Assembly (NCBI RefSeq): GCF_036588685.1
Contig: NC_086376.1
Span: forward strand, 87,957,630 to 88,021,629
Direction of reading: 5' to 3'
Source: Mytilus trossulus
Lineage: Eukaryota
DNA length: 64,000 nucleotides
In this document: piece by piece, positions 1-12,534 of the stretch
How positions within the stretch are numbered: the stretch's first letter is position 1
Layout of the letters: every line of letters starts with the position of its first letter
Notes under the pieces: generated by a model
Databases searched by the model: none
Seen by the model: only the letters and a program-made list of their open reading frames with translations
What the model was told of the DNA's origin: nothing
Position numbers and translations under genes: made by a program

Positions 1-120
1 AGTTGGTCAGCACATCAACAGACTCCCAACGGATAACAATTTTGTCAACCTTACGGACAACTTTTATTTTCATCCGTTAGTCGTCCGTTCGTCTTATCCG
101 GTAAGGTGTGACCGAAGCTT
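1..120 (-). mobile_element. End of a non-autonomous TIR element (Harbinger-like), same family as 54982-55891, cut by the window edge
   Basis: 1-120 is nearly the reverse complement of 54981-55076 (aagcctcggtcacaccttaccgga...gggagtc..tgatgt.ctgaccaact), with a ~25-bp internal addition. Confidence 0.8.
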
Positions 121-590
121 GAGTCACATCAATAACCTCTAGAAAAAATGAGTTTAATCCTATATTACAAAGGGGTATTGATTAAAAAGCAAAAGTTTGA
201 AACTGCAACATGTTTACCAGAACAGATATTTGCCACAACATAATACTGTGAAACTACGCGTATGTTTGTAATACAACCGAAGACCAACACTGCCACAGTT
301 AAGTATCAGTGCGGTATCAATGACGACATTTATATTAATACCAATTACACATTATATCAACCAAGCACACATTTCGACAAACATATATTTCATTGGTGAT
401 ACTCTTGTTTATAGATCAACGATACAAACATATGTTTCAATTTACAAATATCAATATTCAAACAATTGCTTTATAGAATGTTTGATTTATAAGTTATATT
501 TATATTGAAAATTCTATGGTCCTTCGTTAAAAGAATTCAACAGGTTTGTTTATCTTTGATATAATCACATAATATGTCATGTATACTTAC

Positions 591-872
591 AAATGATATT
601 AAGTATGTGATCAACCGTTTGCATATAATTGTTTGTGTTATGGGATGCCGAACATGTACACACCATCCCATGGTTAAGCTTAGTAACGGGTGACTCGATA
701 TAAGTTATAGCAGTTGTCTCCGACGAGTTTGTGGTAACGTTTCCAGTACAGTTCCATGTCAGTGATGCCAACGGATTGCCTCCTTTTAGTGTACAAATAA
801 ATGACACAAGGCTGCCGGTTAAGACTGGGCCATCTGGTATTTGTCTTATAACAGGAAATTCTTTTGGGGGAA
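591..872 (-). CDS. Ig-superfamily gene 1, coding exon 5 (C2-type Ig domain); gene continues left of the window
   Basis: ttttcag| acceptor, |gtaagt donor, 282 nt, phase 1-1. PPKEFPVIRQIPDGPV..VSFICTLKGGNPLASLTWNC..HGMVCTCSASH; paralogous to exon 1116-1397. Confidence 0.9.
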
Positions 873-1115
873 CTGAAAATTAAAGAAGGCATCAAGAAGC
901 TGTAACGTATTTTTTTGGTGTTTACAAATTTAAAAAGAAAAACAGTTTACATCATATTCACTATAGTTATAATACAATTAATAAAATATGAAAAGACTAC
1001 CAATCATTACGATAAGGTTTACAATTTATATGGACAAACTGTGACGATAAATAAGTTTTTAAAGCATAGCACCATATCTAAATTGAACCATGAACAATGT
1101 TTTACTAAAACTTAC

Positions 1116-1397
1116 AGTATACGTTGATCATAATGTGAACCTGAGGTCTGTATGCCGCAACAGGGTGGGTAGCTGAACAAGTACAAGTTTTGCCGTTGTC
1201 TTGCGAAACAAGCGTAAAACCAACCGAGTAGTAGACAGTATTCCCGGAAGTGTTGTTAGTGGTGTTACCAGAACAGTTCCAGGTCAAAACAGCAAGAGGA
1301 AAACCACCGGAAACCGAACATGTAAGTACAACAGCTTCGCTGATGTTGATTGGTCCGTTAGGTATCTGTTGTATAACTGGATCGTTTAGCGGCGGGT
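1116..1397 (-). CDS. Ig-superfamily gene 1, coding exon 4 (C2-type Ig domain)
   Basis: ttctag| acceptor, |gtaag donor, 282 nt, phase 1-1. VVLTCSVSGGFPLAVLTWNC...DNGKTCTCSATHP. Confidence 0.9.
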
Positions 1398-1905
1398 CTA
1401 GAACGTAAATGTATCTTTTATAAATAGAGAATAATTGTATACAATATATATTTGACATTTGATCAGGAGTGTTCTGTCTTTGTGAGACAAAAACAATTAG
1501 CATAATTCGATATAAAAAGATGTGATTTATTATAAACAGTTCGTTACGTTGCTGTATCAAAATGATAATGAAGTACACGCTCCGATGTTAAATGATCGAC
1601 ATGAATAAGCATCAGTAGATATAGTACTTTGAGTCTGTTTTCAGTGACTGCCAGCATTATTTTTATGGTTATAATTCGTTATTTGTTTTGTGTTTTGTTA
1701 TATATACTACCGTTATTTGTTCATCGCGTAGTCATTGTGTTTCACATGTTCTCTCTTATATGTACAAAAATGTCATAACTTTCATGTACGTCTACTGATC
1801 GAGATGGAAAGGTTTAGCTCTCTAACGCTTATTTAACCACGCAACATTTGCATTTGCCTGTCAGAAGATTGGAATATGTTTAGTTGTTACGAGTTTTATT
1901 ACTTC

Positions 1906-2198
1906 CACTGGATCGATGCCTCTGCTGGTGGACTATAAGTCCCCGAGGGTATTAACAGCCCAGTAGCCAGTACTTTTGTACTGGCATGAAAATACGGATT
2001 TTGTGTGTTATTTAAATTTGCTGTTTCAAAATGTTAGAAATTATTATAAATTGGCTATCCTTTTTGGAACTTTTGGATTATAGCTCTTCATCTTTCATGT
2101 AAGCTTTGGATTTCAAATATTTTGGCCACGAGCATCACTGAAGAGACATGTATTGTCGAAATGCGCATCTGGTGCAAGAAAATTGGTACCGTTAATTT
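1906..2198 (+). mobile_element. Retrozyme-like non-autonomous repeat, family B, ending in a hammerhead ribozyme
   Basis: 5' gtccccgagggtat..cagtag block and hairpin shared with 53000-53300; hammerhead at the 3' end; a fragment recurs inverted at 63690-63730. Confidence 0.75.
2132..2175 (+). ncRNA. Type I minimal hammerhead ribozyme, intact core, predicted cleavage after AUC (C2169)
   Basis: gcatca-CTGAAGA-gaca(tgtat)tgtc-GAAA-t(gcgc)a-TC-tggtgc; helices I, II and III all pair. Confidence 0.85.
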
Positions 2199-2789
2199 TT
2201 TTATATCATAATTATGTTTTCCTTATTTTTTATAAATAAAAATGGGTGTTTATGGTAGAAATTTGGTATTTCCTAAAAAAAGAATCTTAAAATCTTATAG
2301 ATTATAGATATGCGTTTCTTTTATATATCTTTATAATTATACATAAGAAAATACCTGTTCCAATTCAGGAATATGACAGGTGTTGTCCATTCGTTTGGTA
2401 TGCTTGTGCCTTTGATTTTGTCACTTGATTAGGAGTTTACCTTTTTGAATTTCTTTGGAGTATTTTTGTGATTTAATTTTTTGATTATTTTTGTGTCTCT
2501 AGGTAACTGTGTCATTCCCGTTTACGACACCTCCCTTTATTCACATACTTACACTTAATTCAATACAAGGGGATAAGTTGAATAATTAAGGAAGTTTATG
2601 TCCCATAACACATTTGCCATGTTTAATCATAATTCATATTAACATATTATTGTTGCAGTAATATATTGTTGTAGGTAGTTATTTTTTATCAAGATGAATA
2701 CAACCCGCAACGTTTAACAATTAATAAAGGAATGTATGTAACTTTTAATTTAATTTTACTTTTAAATTTTAATGCGTATTATATGCGTT

Positions 2790-3127
2790 AACTTTTCTAC
2801 ATTGGTTAGAGGTATAGGGGAGGGTTGAGATCTCACAAACATGTTTAACCCCGCCGCATTTTTGCGCCTGTTCCAACTCAGGAGCCTCTGGCCTTTGTTA
2901 GTCTTGTATTATTTGAATTTTAGTTTCTTGTGTACAATTTGGAAATTAGTATGGCGTTCATTATCACTGGACTAGTATATATTTGTAACGGGGCCAGCTG
3001 AAGGACGCCTCCGGGTGCGGGAATTACTCGCTTCATTGAAAACCTGTTGGTGACCTTCTACTGTTGTTTTTTATTTGGTCGAGTTGTTGTCTCTTTGACA
3101 CATTCCCCATTTCCATTCTCAATTTTA
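2790..3127 (+). mobile_element. SINE-like dispersed repeat
   Basis: Core gtttaaccccgccgcatttttgcgcctgttccaactcaggagcc has relatives at 1810-1875, 31520-31570, 36960-37040 and 61790-61870. The 3' tail gacctgtt.gtgaccttc...ttccattctcaatttta recurs at 53650-53745. Confidence 0.6.
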
Positions 3128-3588
3128 ACTATTGATTGAAAGAGCAAAAGTTTAACAAACCATTTCTCATAAAAACTAAAGATTGAACAATGCTAACCGG
3201 ACCAAATTCCGGGGGTAGCTAGTTCGCGTTCCACTTGTGCGCCCGTCGTATTATTCTTTTTGAACACGTTAACGATGCATGTCTATTAAAATCAATTTAA
3301 TTAAATTGAACAGAAGTGAAACGCTGTAACGATTCAGTAGTGCTTTGTTTCAACCCCCCGGTTTTATTTTTGTACTTCACTTGGCTTAAATATATATTTC
3401 ATTCTTGAGTGTGAATGTATAAATGCCGAAAGAAAGGGAAAGGTGAAACATATATTACCCTGTTGTAGTTTTTAAATCATAAAAATATGTAATAAGAATG
3501 CAACATGGGTTTAAAGGACAGGTGTTGTTCTCTGTCGTGGGTTGCTACAGTAACTGGTATTTGCAATATCATGTATCCAGGTACTTAC

Positions 3589-3903
3589 AATATATAGTTA
3601 GACTAACACGAGAAGAATTTCTTGAAGTAAAGTTGTTATCAGCAGAACAATATAAAAACGCGCCATTGTCTGATGCTTTAAACCGGTATGTAAGTTGACT
3701 GGTCAGTGTTATTATTCCTGATACATCACTGGAAATAGTGGTTGAAGACTTTAAAGTTACATTTTGTATGGCTCCCTCTGGGTTAATGATAACCCAAGAA
3801 ATCGATGCAGCTGGTCTACTTGTGACTGTACAATATACTGTTATGTCACGTGTCACATCGCTTGTTATGCTGGTATTCGAGATAAGTATATCAGTTATTG
3901 GAA
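3589..3903 (-). CDS. Ig-superfamily gene 1, coding exon 3 (C2/CD80-like Ig domain)
   Basis: ttttcag| acceptor, |gtaagt donor, 315 nt, phase 1-1. VYCTVTSRPAASISW...SQLTYRFKASDNGAFLYCSADN. Confidence 0.9.
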
Positions 3904-5986
3904 CTGAAAAAGGGAAAAGAAAGATATCACAATTATTTTCATGGTTTGTTTAGTGTGCACGTGTGACCATTGAGACACAGTTTCAATCAAATGATTTCTA
4001 AATAACATATCTGATATAGAGAAAAGAATTGAAGTATGACAAATACATCTGAAACTTAATACAAAGCGGTATAGTAATAATGGAAGATAAAATAAAATAT
4101 AGATTTTTTTAATGTACTTTTTCACGAAATTATAATTCAAAATGAGAAACTAGTTTAATCAATTTAGGTTTTAATCAATATACATTGTAGCAATTTATTA
4201 ATTAATCATAACTTGTCACTGATCATATGATGTTAACAATAAATATGCAAGGATTCATCTTACTATGCTGATCGACATGATATTAAGAAATGTATATGTT
4301 GCTCATATCAATTGTAAGCATGTATGTTTTATTAACTAAAATATAGTGGGGTTTTATGATTGAAATTTGTGTCATCGATGATATAAAATCTCAAAATTAA
4401 TCACGCCAAAATGAAACAAAGATCGTTAATCAAAGTATCGTTTTATATTTTATAAAACAAAATATTTTTTAATTTGTATTGAAAAAAGAGGTCATATCAA
4501 TCTTTTGTTGTTCATTTGTAAAACAAATGACATCCTTTAACAAATATTTTCAAAACAAATTGTTTAGATTTTCTACACCCCACTGACCACCAACGCAATA
4601 ATGAGGTTAAAAAAACTTTTCGAAAATACAATTATTTACCGTGTATAAAATTATCTAGTCAATCTAGTTCATTGACAAAAAAATAGGTACATATGTATGT
4701 GTGCGTGTTTTTGTTATTCTTTTGTCTGTCTATCATTGTATAAGCTTTGTCCTCTAGTTCACTAGCAAATAAATTAGTCAAATTATCAATATCCGTTCTT
4801 ATGTACTCATCAGTCTGTTTATAAAGTGTTGCTTTCATTATTCACAGCACTTTGTCAATGACAATTAAGGTTTCACACCCTTGATTTCCATTTCCTTTAT
4901 TCCTTGGTACTTAAAGAATATTTAACTCATATAGTATGCGTAAAGAATTTCTCAAGTAATTGCGGTTATTCTGAATTAAAACAATGTATTAATGTTGTCC
5001 TCCTACATTTGTTTAGAGAAAAGAAATAATTGTTCGGTGAGAAAAAAATAAATAAAGTATTTCGTAAGCTGAATAATTTCCCCCGTCAAAGCTTATGGGT
5101 TGGTTGTCAAGATTCTTAAACATGTAACTAGCTTTATGAAGATTTAGGTTTAACGCCCACATTCCAACCTTCAGTTTTGCATCTTGATGTTATGCAAGTT
5201 ACCCACGAAACATTAACAGAATTGGTTGGTATTCGTCATACGTCACAATAAAGTCCTTTTCAGACCACTAAGAGAGATGTGATGGATAGAAAATTCTTTC
5301 GGTTTTTTTCTCTCTTTTTATTGGCATTTAAGGCATTTTTCAGTTTCAATATGGAATTACATTGATCATCAGGTCCGATATTTAAAATACCATCATGTTA
5401 TAAATACCAATTTTGTGTCGCCAAAATTTTCATAATAAAAGAGATGATTTCTTCCTTGTAGATTAGATATCAAAAGCGGAATGATATTAACAATAAGTTA
5501 ATCCTTTTAAAAAATTTCCGGTAGTAAAAGTATTACAGAAAAACACCCGTATTGTAAATCTTTTATACTTCCTCAAAATTGTATTGAAGAGAAAAAAAAT
5601 GGCTCAATAATTATACCATTAATAAAGTCATTGTATAAATACATAAGTATGCAGAGTTAAACTTTGTTGTATAATTATTGCATTTCATTGGTTGACCTTA
5701 GTTTCAGTAGATTTGTCCCTTTGATATTTGTAATACTTACTTCATGTTATTCATTAAAAAAAAAGCTTGTGGTTAACTTGTGATATTTACACATTTTTAA
5801 CCCAATCAAGTAATGAAACTATAATAGCATTAAATGAACTCGTTGTATTAAGTTATAGATAGATAACTTCTAAAAAGATGAATATAACCACCTCAATTGT
5901 ACAAATAAAGTCACGTAATGAACCATACATAGAGGAGACGAAGTCTCAAAAATGGAATGAAACTAACAAAATTTATATGTGTTTAC

Positions 5987-6355
5987 CTCTGACGAAAATG
6001 ACTGTGCTGGTACTGGCAAACACGTCAGATGAGGATCCGTCTCCATATTGAACTTGGCAGCGGATGAATTTATTGTGATAATTTTCACCAACATATAGAA
6101 TTGTTAAATTATATTCCCCCTTTGAAGAATCACAGGATGCGTTATATTTGGTGGATGAAACAGCACTTATTTGACAACCAGTGGAACCTCTGTAAAACAG
6201 GCCTACACTGGGAAGACCACCACTGTTCGTCTCGTCATAGAATGAGGTACTTCTCCAATTGTTTTGTACTGTTGTCTTGCACATAAACGTGCGTTGCTGG
6301 TTTATATCCACATATGCTGGTTCGGGGGGATACATTGTTGCAGTTAGTGCATCAA
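5987..6355 (-). CDS. Ig-superfamily gene 1, coding exon 2 (N-terminal V-like Ig domain with an extra Cys pair)
   Basis: ctactattag| acceptor, |gtaaac donor, 369 nt, phase 1-1. TFMCK..GCQ..ASCD..YNLTI..IRCQVQY. Confidence 0.85.
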
Positions 6356-6888
6356 CTAATAGTAGATAAAATGTATGAAAGGTTATTTAAAAATGAGATG
6401 TTTAAAACCGTTATTGTTTGGAACTTTTCGGCAGTGTCACACCAAGGCTTAAAGAATATAATGCAACACATAAAACATATCGGAGGAAAAAAAATAAAGA
6501 CGTCGATTTATCGTGAATTTAAAAGTACCAGAATCTGTTTCATTCCAGGTATGTTTAAATATGATATCGGAAAGCGAATCATTCTATGTTCAACACCATT
6601 GTATTAAGGACGATTTTTAATGTGCTATCGTACAAAGTAACAGTTTTCGAGAAAACATATTACAATCCCTTCACACATTTTTCGGACTCCGAGACGTCTT
6701 TGTGACACTGCTGTTAATGGAATTCATACCCGGCTTCTAAACATTTAAAAAAAAAGTTGAATAAAACCACATTTTTATCATTAAAATATCAGAATTGTAC
6801 ATATGTACCAGCTCAGTATGCTACACAACAAAATACAAGTGTAAAAAAATTTCTTCAGAAATCAAAACTATATTTCACTATAACATAC

Positions 6889-6973
6889 CTTGCCAATAAA
6901 TCATTAATTGCGTCGCAAATATTATTCTGGCATAAAAACACAGTACATTCCGATAAGATGCTGACACGTGCAT
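6889..6973 (-). CDS. Ig gene 1, signal-peptide exon copy a (MHVSASYRNVLCFYARIIFATQLMIYWQ)
   Basis: ATG plus 28 codons and G|gtatgt phase-1 donor; joins in frame to exon 5987-6355; hydrophobic core. Confidence 0.7.
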
Positions 6974-8072
6974 ATTCAAATGTGTTCAACAGTGATCGCA
7001 TAACACTGTTATAGTGAGAGTTAAATCTATTCTTACAGTTTTTCTCTGCCTATTCTTTTGATTTACTTTTCCTATTTATTAAAATGTTTGACAGCTTCTA
7101 AATATTTCCGGTTTCCAACTACTTTCAGGTGTTTTTGAGAGGTTAGGTGTTAATTTTATGGTTAAGTTAATCGTCTTTTTTGAATAAAATATCTTATATT
7201 GTTTTCGAAAAACTGATATCACTCTGAAGTCTATATTTGTTTAAACCTTTTTTTGTAAATACAATTGATGGAAACAAGGATGTGTTGTTAAACTATTATA
7301 ATTATGAATTCTTGCGTTATCTGCAATGTGAAAAAATATATACATTTACCATTTGAAACTAGAACTCCGAAAAGCAAATATATACTTAAAGGTTAAAGAA
7401 ATGATCACTCTTTAATTTGCAAACTAAACAATTTTTTAGGTACAAAAAAATCGAATATGCTTAAATAGTAGAACAAACAAGCAATTGTATGGATTAATAA
7501 GCCAACATAATCATCTTAGTGCAAGGACATGTAAATGAGATATCGGAAAACGAATCCTGCTCTGTACAACACCATTACAATGAACAGGATTTTTAATGTG
7601 CTACTTTACAAAGTAACAGTTAGCAAGAAGACATGTTACCATTCCTTCACACATTTTTTCGGACTCCAAGACGTCTTTATTCTTACTCCGATATGTCTTA
7701 TATTTTGCATACATTTTTTTGGTGTGTCACAGCCAATTATAGAATTCTGTACCTCCTGCATTCACGGTGAGCAACCTACGAAATTACCAGTAAACGCTGT
7801 CTTACGTGTGCCATATAGTGATTAAATAGGCGGTATATCAATTGAATTAAAAAAAGTTAAATGAAAGTTTGCAAAAAGGTATTGATGTTGACCACTGTAC
7901 TATTAATATATTTAATACATATCTATCATTTTGTAAACAAAACATCATATAACATTAAACTTATACTATCAACATAATATTAAAATTGTACATGTGTACT
8001 AGCTCAGTTCGCTACACAACAAACCAAGGAAAGTTCTTAAGAAAATAAAAACTACATTTTACTTTATCATAC

Positions 8073-8157
8073 CTCGCCAATAAATCATTAACTGCATCGC
8101 AAATATCATGCTCACATAAAACCATGGTTCATTTCGTTTTCTTGCTGGCACATGCAT
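8073..8157 (-). CDS. Ig gene 1, signal-peptide exon copy b (MHVPARKRNEPWFYVSMIFAMQLMIYWR)
   Basis: Duplicate of 6889-6973 at +1184 nt; same 85-nt length, ATG and G|gtatga donor intact. Confidence 0.65.
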
Positions 8158-10529
8158 ATCCAAATGTGTCTAACAGTGATCGCATAACAGTCTAACTATG
8201 ATAATTGGGAGAATTAAGTCAAGCTTTTAGTTTTCCTCTGCCTTTTTCTTTTAAATTACTTTCCTATTTAAAAAAAGTTTGAAAGCTTCTAAATATTTCC
8301 GGTTTCTAACTACTTTCATGTGTTGTTTAGAGGTTACGTCTTAATTTTATGGTTTAGTAAATCGTCCTTTTTTAAATAAATATCTTATATTGATTTCGAA
8401 AAACTGATATCACCCAGGAGTCTATATTTATTTAAACCTTTATTTGTAACTACAATTGATGGAAACAAGGATGTTTTGTTAAACTATTATAATTATGTAT
8501 TCTTGCGTTATCGGCAATGTAAAACAAAATATATATATTTACCTTCTGAAAATAGAGAACCAAACCGTGGATATATACTTCAGGTTTGAAGAAATGATCA
8601 CTAGTACATTTTTAAACCGAACATTTTCGTAGGTTCAAATACATCGTGCATTTTATATTAATAGTAGAAATTCAAACTAATCTATGGATTATGAAGCTGA
8701 CAAAACTATTTTCATAGATTCTTGCTATGGCATATCTCAAAATTATCTAGAAATTTAAGAAATTGGACGGGACAAAAGTTTTTGAAAATCCTAATAATGT
8801 TTATATAATAATATGATTTTTTAATTAAAATCAGACATCTGAAAGTGCTTGGTTTTGCCATCATGGTACATTAATTTAAAGATTGACAGTTGAACTTTCT
8901 TTGTTGTGTTGTGACACACACTGTTATTGACGACATCACATTTAACATGAATTTACTTAACAGAGGGCTCTTATCGCAGCTGCATGTGGGTATCTATTTG
9001 GACAAAATAACGTAATAAATCTGAATAACAATTTATTCAGATACTTAACGTTATTTTGATCAACCGAATATTTTTGTAGTTACAGACATGTTAGCGGATT
9101 ATAAAGCTGACAGAATTATTTGCATGTCTTTCGGTTACAGCATTTCAAAACAGCTCATGGACTAGACCAGCAATAAATAGTAAAAGGTACTGCACATTCT
9201 ACTTACAAATACCTTCAATGGAAAAAAAATCCCAGGGCACAGAAAAAACGTAATCAACTCTAAACCTGCATCGATAAATAAACAATAAGAATTTAATTGC
9301 AAATTTTTAAACATTAATCTTTAAGTATGTTTTGAGTCTTTTGCATGAAATTTGTGTCTAAACTAAAATACACCAGAAGTGCTGATACATATTATCGAAC
9401 CCATGCATCGTAAATTGTTTAAGAATTTTTTTAAATTATAATTTGATTTTAAGTATATTATGTTATTAATTTTATTTATTTTTGGCAAGATCAAGTGATG
9501 CTATTGTTGTAAAATTTTCATTGTAATTTTATGTTAGATGAAAGTAGAACTTATGGTATGGCAGAAATTGTCAACGGATAATAATATATTATGTTCTGTA
9601 TATGAACACAATGATTATAATTAAATATATTCATATTGTTATGGCTTAACGTGAGATAATAATCGTGACTCAAGTTTAAAAGTATTGATCGTTGTAAATC
9701 TTTAAAATTTTATGATGTATATTTATACATACCTATAGGCACAGATAAAGGAATTAACTGTTCCGGGTAAGGAAAAATGTAATGTGTATATTACAATTTG
9801 AGATTTTGATATGTTTAACTCAAGATAAGGTCTAAACCTAATGTTATTCTATAGATGTACATTTGAAGATTGTTCATTAGTTTAACTTTTCCCTTACACA
9901 TGTATCTTCAGTAATGAGATCAAGGTTGGTACAGAAATGGACATAGGCATAGAAAACATAGAAAATGATATTACAATGATATAGTCTGTTTTTAGGAAGT
10001 TTGGTTTTCAAAGAGTGAAGTAATCCGTAATCGATAAGTCTTTTTTTTTTTTATAAAACCTGATTTAAAGACTCTGACAACACTCTGTTGTACTTTCTGT
10101 TTAAACAAGATATGTAAACCCCAATACTTCATAAAATTGTGGGAAACATTTAATAGAGAGAAAACTTTGTATTTTTCAGTTAAACAACATGATGATGTGT
10201 ATTTAAAGATAGCATGACTAAAGAATCATATACTAAGGAAATGCCTTTAAATAAATTACATGTTTTCATGGCCATGCAAACAAGAATTAAATGAAAATTT
10301 ATCCAATTGTGCGATTTTGAACGATTTTAGTGTAACTTTGTTATTGTAACAACTGATTCTGCTTTTTTCTATAATGATCGTTTGTATATTGCATACACTT
10401 TTGTTGATTTATTGCTAAATACTTAAAAAATTTACAGAAAATCCTAAGCTTTCATATTTCAAATAGGCAGTAAAAAAATAAAACAAACAGAAAGGAAAAA
10501 GGAGAACGCGTCAGACATGTAATAGCTTG

Positions 10530-11310
10530 ATAACGACTCCTTTATTTAACCAATAACTTAAATCTTACAGAATAATCGTAAGCCATTTGGCTAAACGAGA
10601 AGAAGTTGAACTGGACACTTTGTCAAAATGGGTTACAACAATTAGGTTTCTGATAAAATGTCGCATTCATAATTTGAAAAAAAAACCAGTGTGAATTATC
10701 GACCATTAGATTGACAAAAATGCTGTCCTCAGTAAAAACTGTCTTCAGAAATACTGTGAAACTATTTACTCCCGTACTGTTATCAAATATATGTGGATTC
10801 TAAAAATAAATTCTAAAGAACGTCTGGATAGTTTTAAATCTCGATCTTCTTCTGAAATTAGTTCTATCAAAGCTTTAGATTTTTCAACCCTTTAAACCAC
10901 CATTCCCTATGTTGAAAAATCGACAAAGCTGTCCAACATATTTCATTAACTTCTCTGATTGGGTTCCATTAATACAACCTCCAGAACAAGAAATTAAAGA
11001 AATTACAGACATGACTTCCTCCGACATATTTTTAGAGTGATGCCTCTAAAATGACATACATAGTCAATTCAGTACCAGAATCTTCATAAACGAGACGATT
11101 TAGAATTTTGAAATTATCAATTTCACACACGTCAGTAGCAATATACATATATCAATTTCACCTGCATATTGATTATACATTTCCCAACTTATTCGGTAAT
11201 CAAGAGGTTGCAGCTCCTTATCAGACTGTGAAACATCAACAGTGTCTGATCAGAAAGTTGATCAATAAGTGGTATGTCAAAGGATGTCTCGTCATTTTTT
11301 TCTAAAAATT
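10530..11310 (+). mobile_element. Degraded Penelope-like retroelement RT relic
   Basis: Frameshifted remnants: WAKREEVELDTLSKWV, DFSTL*TTIP, EIKEITD, KRDDF..EIINF, DYTFPNLFG/YISQL region; homologous to 38115-39200. Confidence 0.7.
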
Positions 11311-11487
11311 CAATTCATCGAAATTATCAGCCATTTGCTCAGACACTGGTGACGTTTTACAAAGTCTGCGTAGCAGCTGCAAGCGCTTGAATAGTGCATA
11401 AGTCGGGAAATATATATCCTATATTTAGGTGAGATTGACAAATTGTTACTAAGGTGGGGATAATTTAAAAATCAAAATCGTCTCGTT

Positions 11488-11785
11488 AGCCTAGTAGTAA
11501 ACACTTCGGTGTTGACATGAATATCAGAAATGTGGTCATTTTTATAAATTTTCTGTTCACAAAACTTTGATTTTTTCGAAAAACTAAGGATTTTCTTATC
11601 GCAGGCATAGATTACCTTAGCCGAATTTGGCACAACTTTTTGGAATTTTGGTTCCTCAATGCTCTTCAACTTTTTACTTGTTTGGGTTTATGAATATTTT
11701 GATATGAGCGTCACTGATGAGTCTTATGTAGACGAAACGCGCGACTGGCGTACTAATTTATAATCCTAGTACCTTTGATAACTAT
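11488..11785 (+). mobile_element. Retrozyme-like repeat, family A (most complete copy here)
   Basis: Closely matches 19672-19895; UUCG hairpin at the 5' end and hammerhead motif near the 3' end. Confidence 0.8.
11708..11751 (+). ncRNA. Type I hammerhead motif with mutated cleavage triplet (GAC instead of GUC), probably inactive
   Basis: gcgtca-CTGATGA-gtc(ttatgta)gac-GAAA-c(gcgc)g-AC-tggcgt. Confidence 0.75.
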
Positions 11786-12534
11786 TGTCATAGATTGTGG
11801 TACTGAAATGACAGCTTATATAAAAATTCTAATATTTAGTCTAATATGAGACAGAGCAAGCCGTTTGTTGTTTCTTTACATTCTTGTTATGTGAATATTT
11901 ATAAGGAACCCAATCAGAAACGTTTTGATAATTAGTTTAAAAATCATCAATATATTCGATTGTTAAATTGAATAATCTGGCTTTTTTATATTCTTGTTTT
12001 TATTAATGTCCTCCGACTAATATGAAAATAAGTAGCGGTCGGAAGATAGAGGCACAGATATTTCGGCCTGTTATACGTTAACATAGGAACTTAAACGAGT
12101 GTTGTCTGATTGTAAAGATAGTTATGTAACTTTTGTAAACAATAAACAGAAGCATTAACATACAAATAAGTAATCTATGTTTATAATGTCTAAACAAAAA
12201 TTCCAGTAATGCGGTCTTTGTGTTTTCATCCACACCCTACCTTGATTTGCAACATAATTCAATTGTTTTTATTAAATACAATACAAAAATTAATTTTATA
12301 TTTGTGGACGATAATATTTAGTTTTTTTTTCTACTGGTTCCATATTATAATATATGTTATTAATTGATTCAGATTATTATTATCTCGTTTGATGGATTAA
12401 AGATCTGACCTGCTGACAATTAGGAAAATAGGACTCGACTTTTGCAATGAATATAAGTACTTAATGAATAGACGATAACAATGCAATCACAGTGTGCTGT
12501 AGTGGTGCAGTAAATGTTTTAATTAAAATTTCAG

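Larger units (their letters stand above)
6560..8710. repeat. Tandem duplication (~1.0-1.2 kb unit) covering the first exon and upstream region of Ig gene 1
   Basis: 6560-6700 aligns to 7540-7680, and 6770-7520 aligns to 7970-8710 (e.g. tacaattgatggaaacaaggatg at 7260 and 8451). Confidence 0.9.

Noticed and set aside
1906-1990. HDV-like or twister ribozyme at the repeat 5' end
   Set aside because: I could not fit the nested double pseudoknot with catalytic C, or the twister core, by eye.
8947-8989. MNLLNRGLLSQLHV with G|gtatct as the leader exon of Ig gene 2
   Set aside because: The phase fits, but the donor is weak and the peptide is not convincingly hydrophobic.
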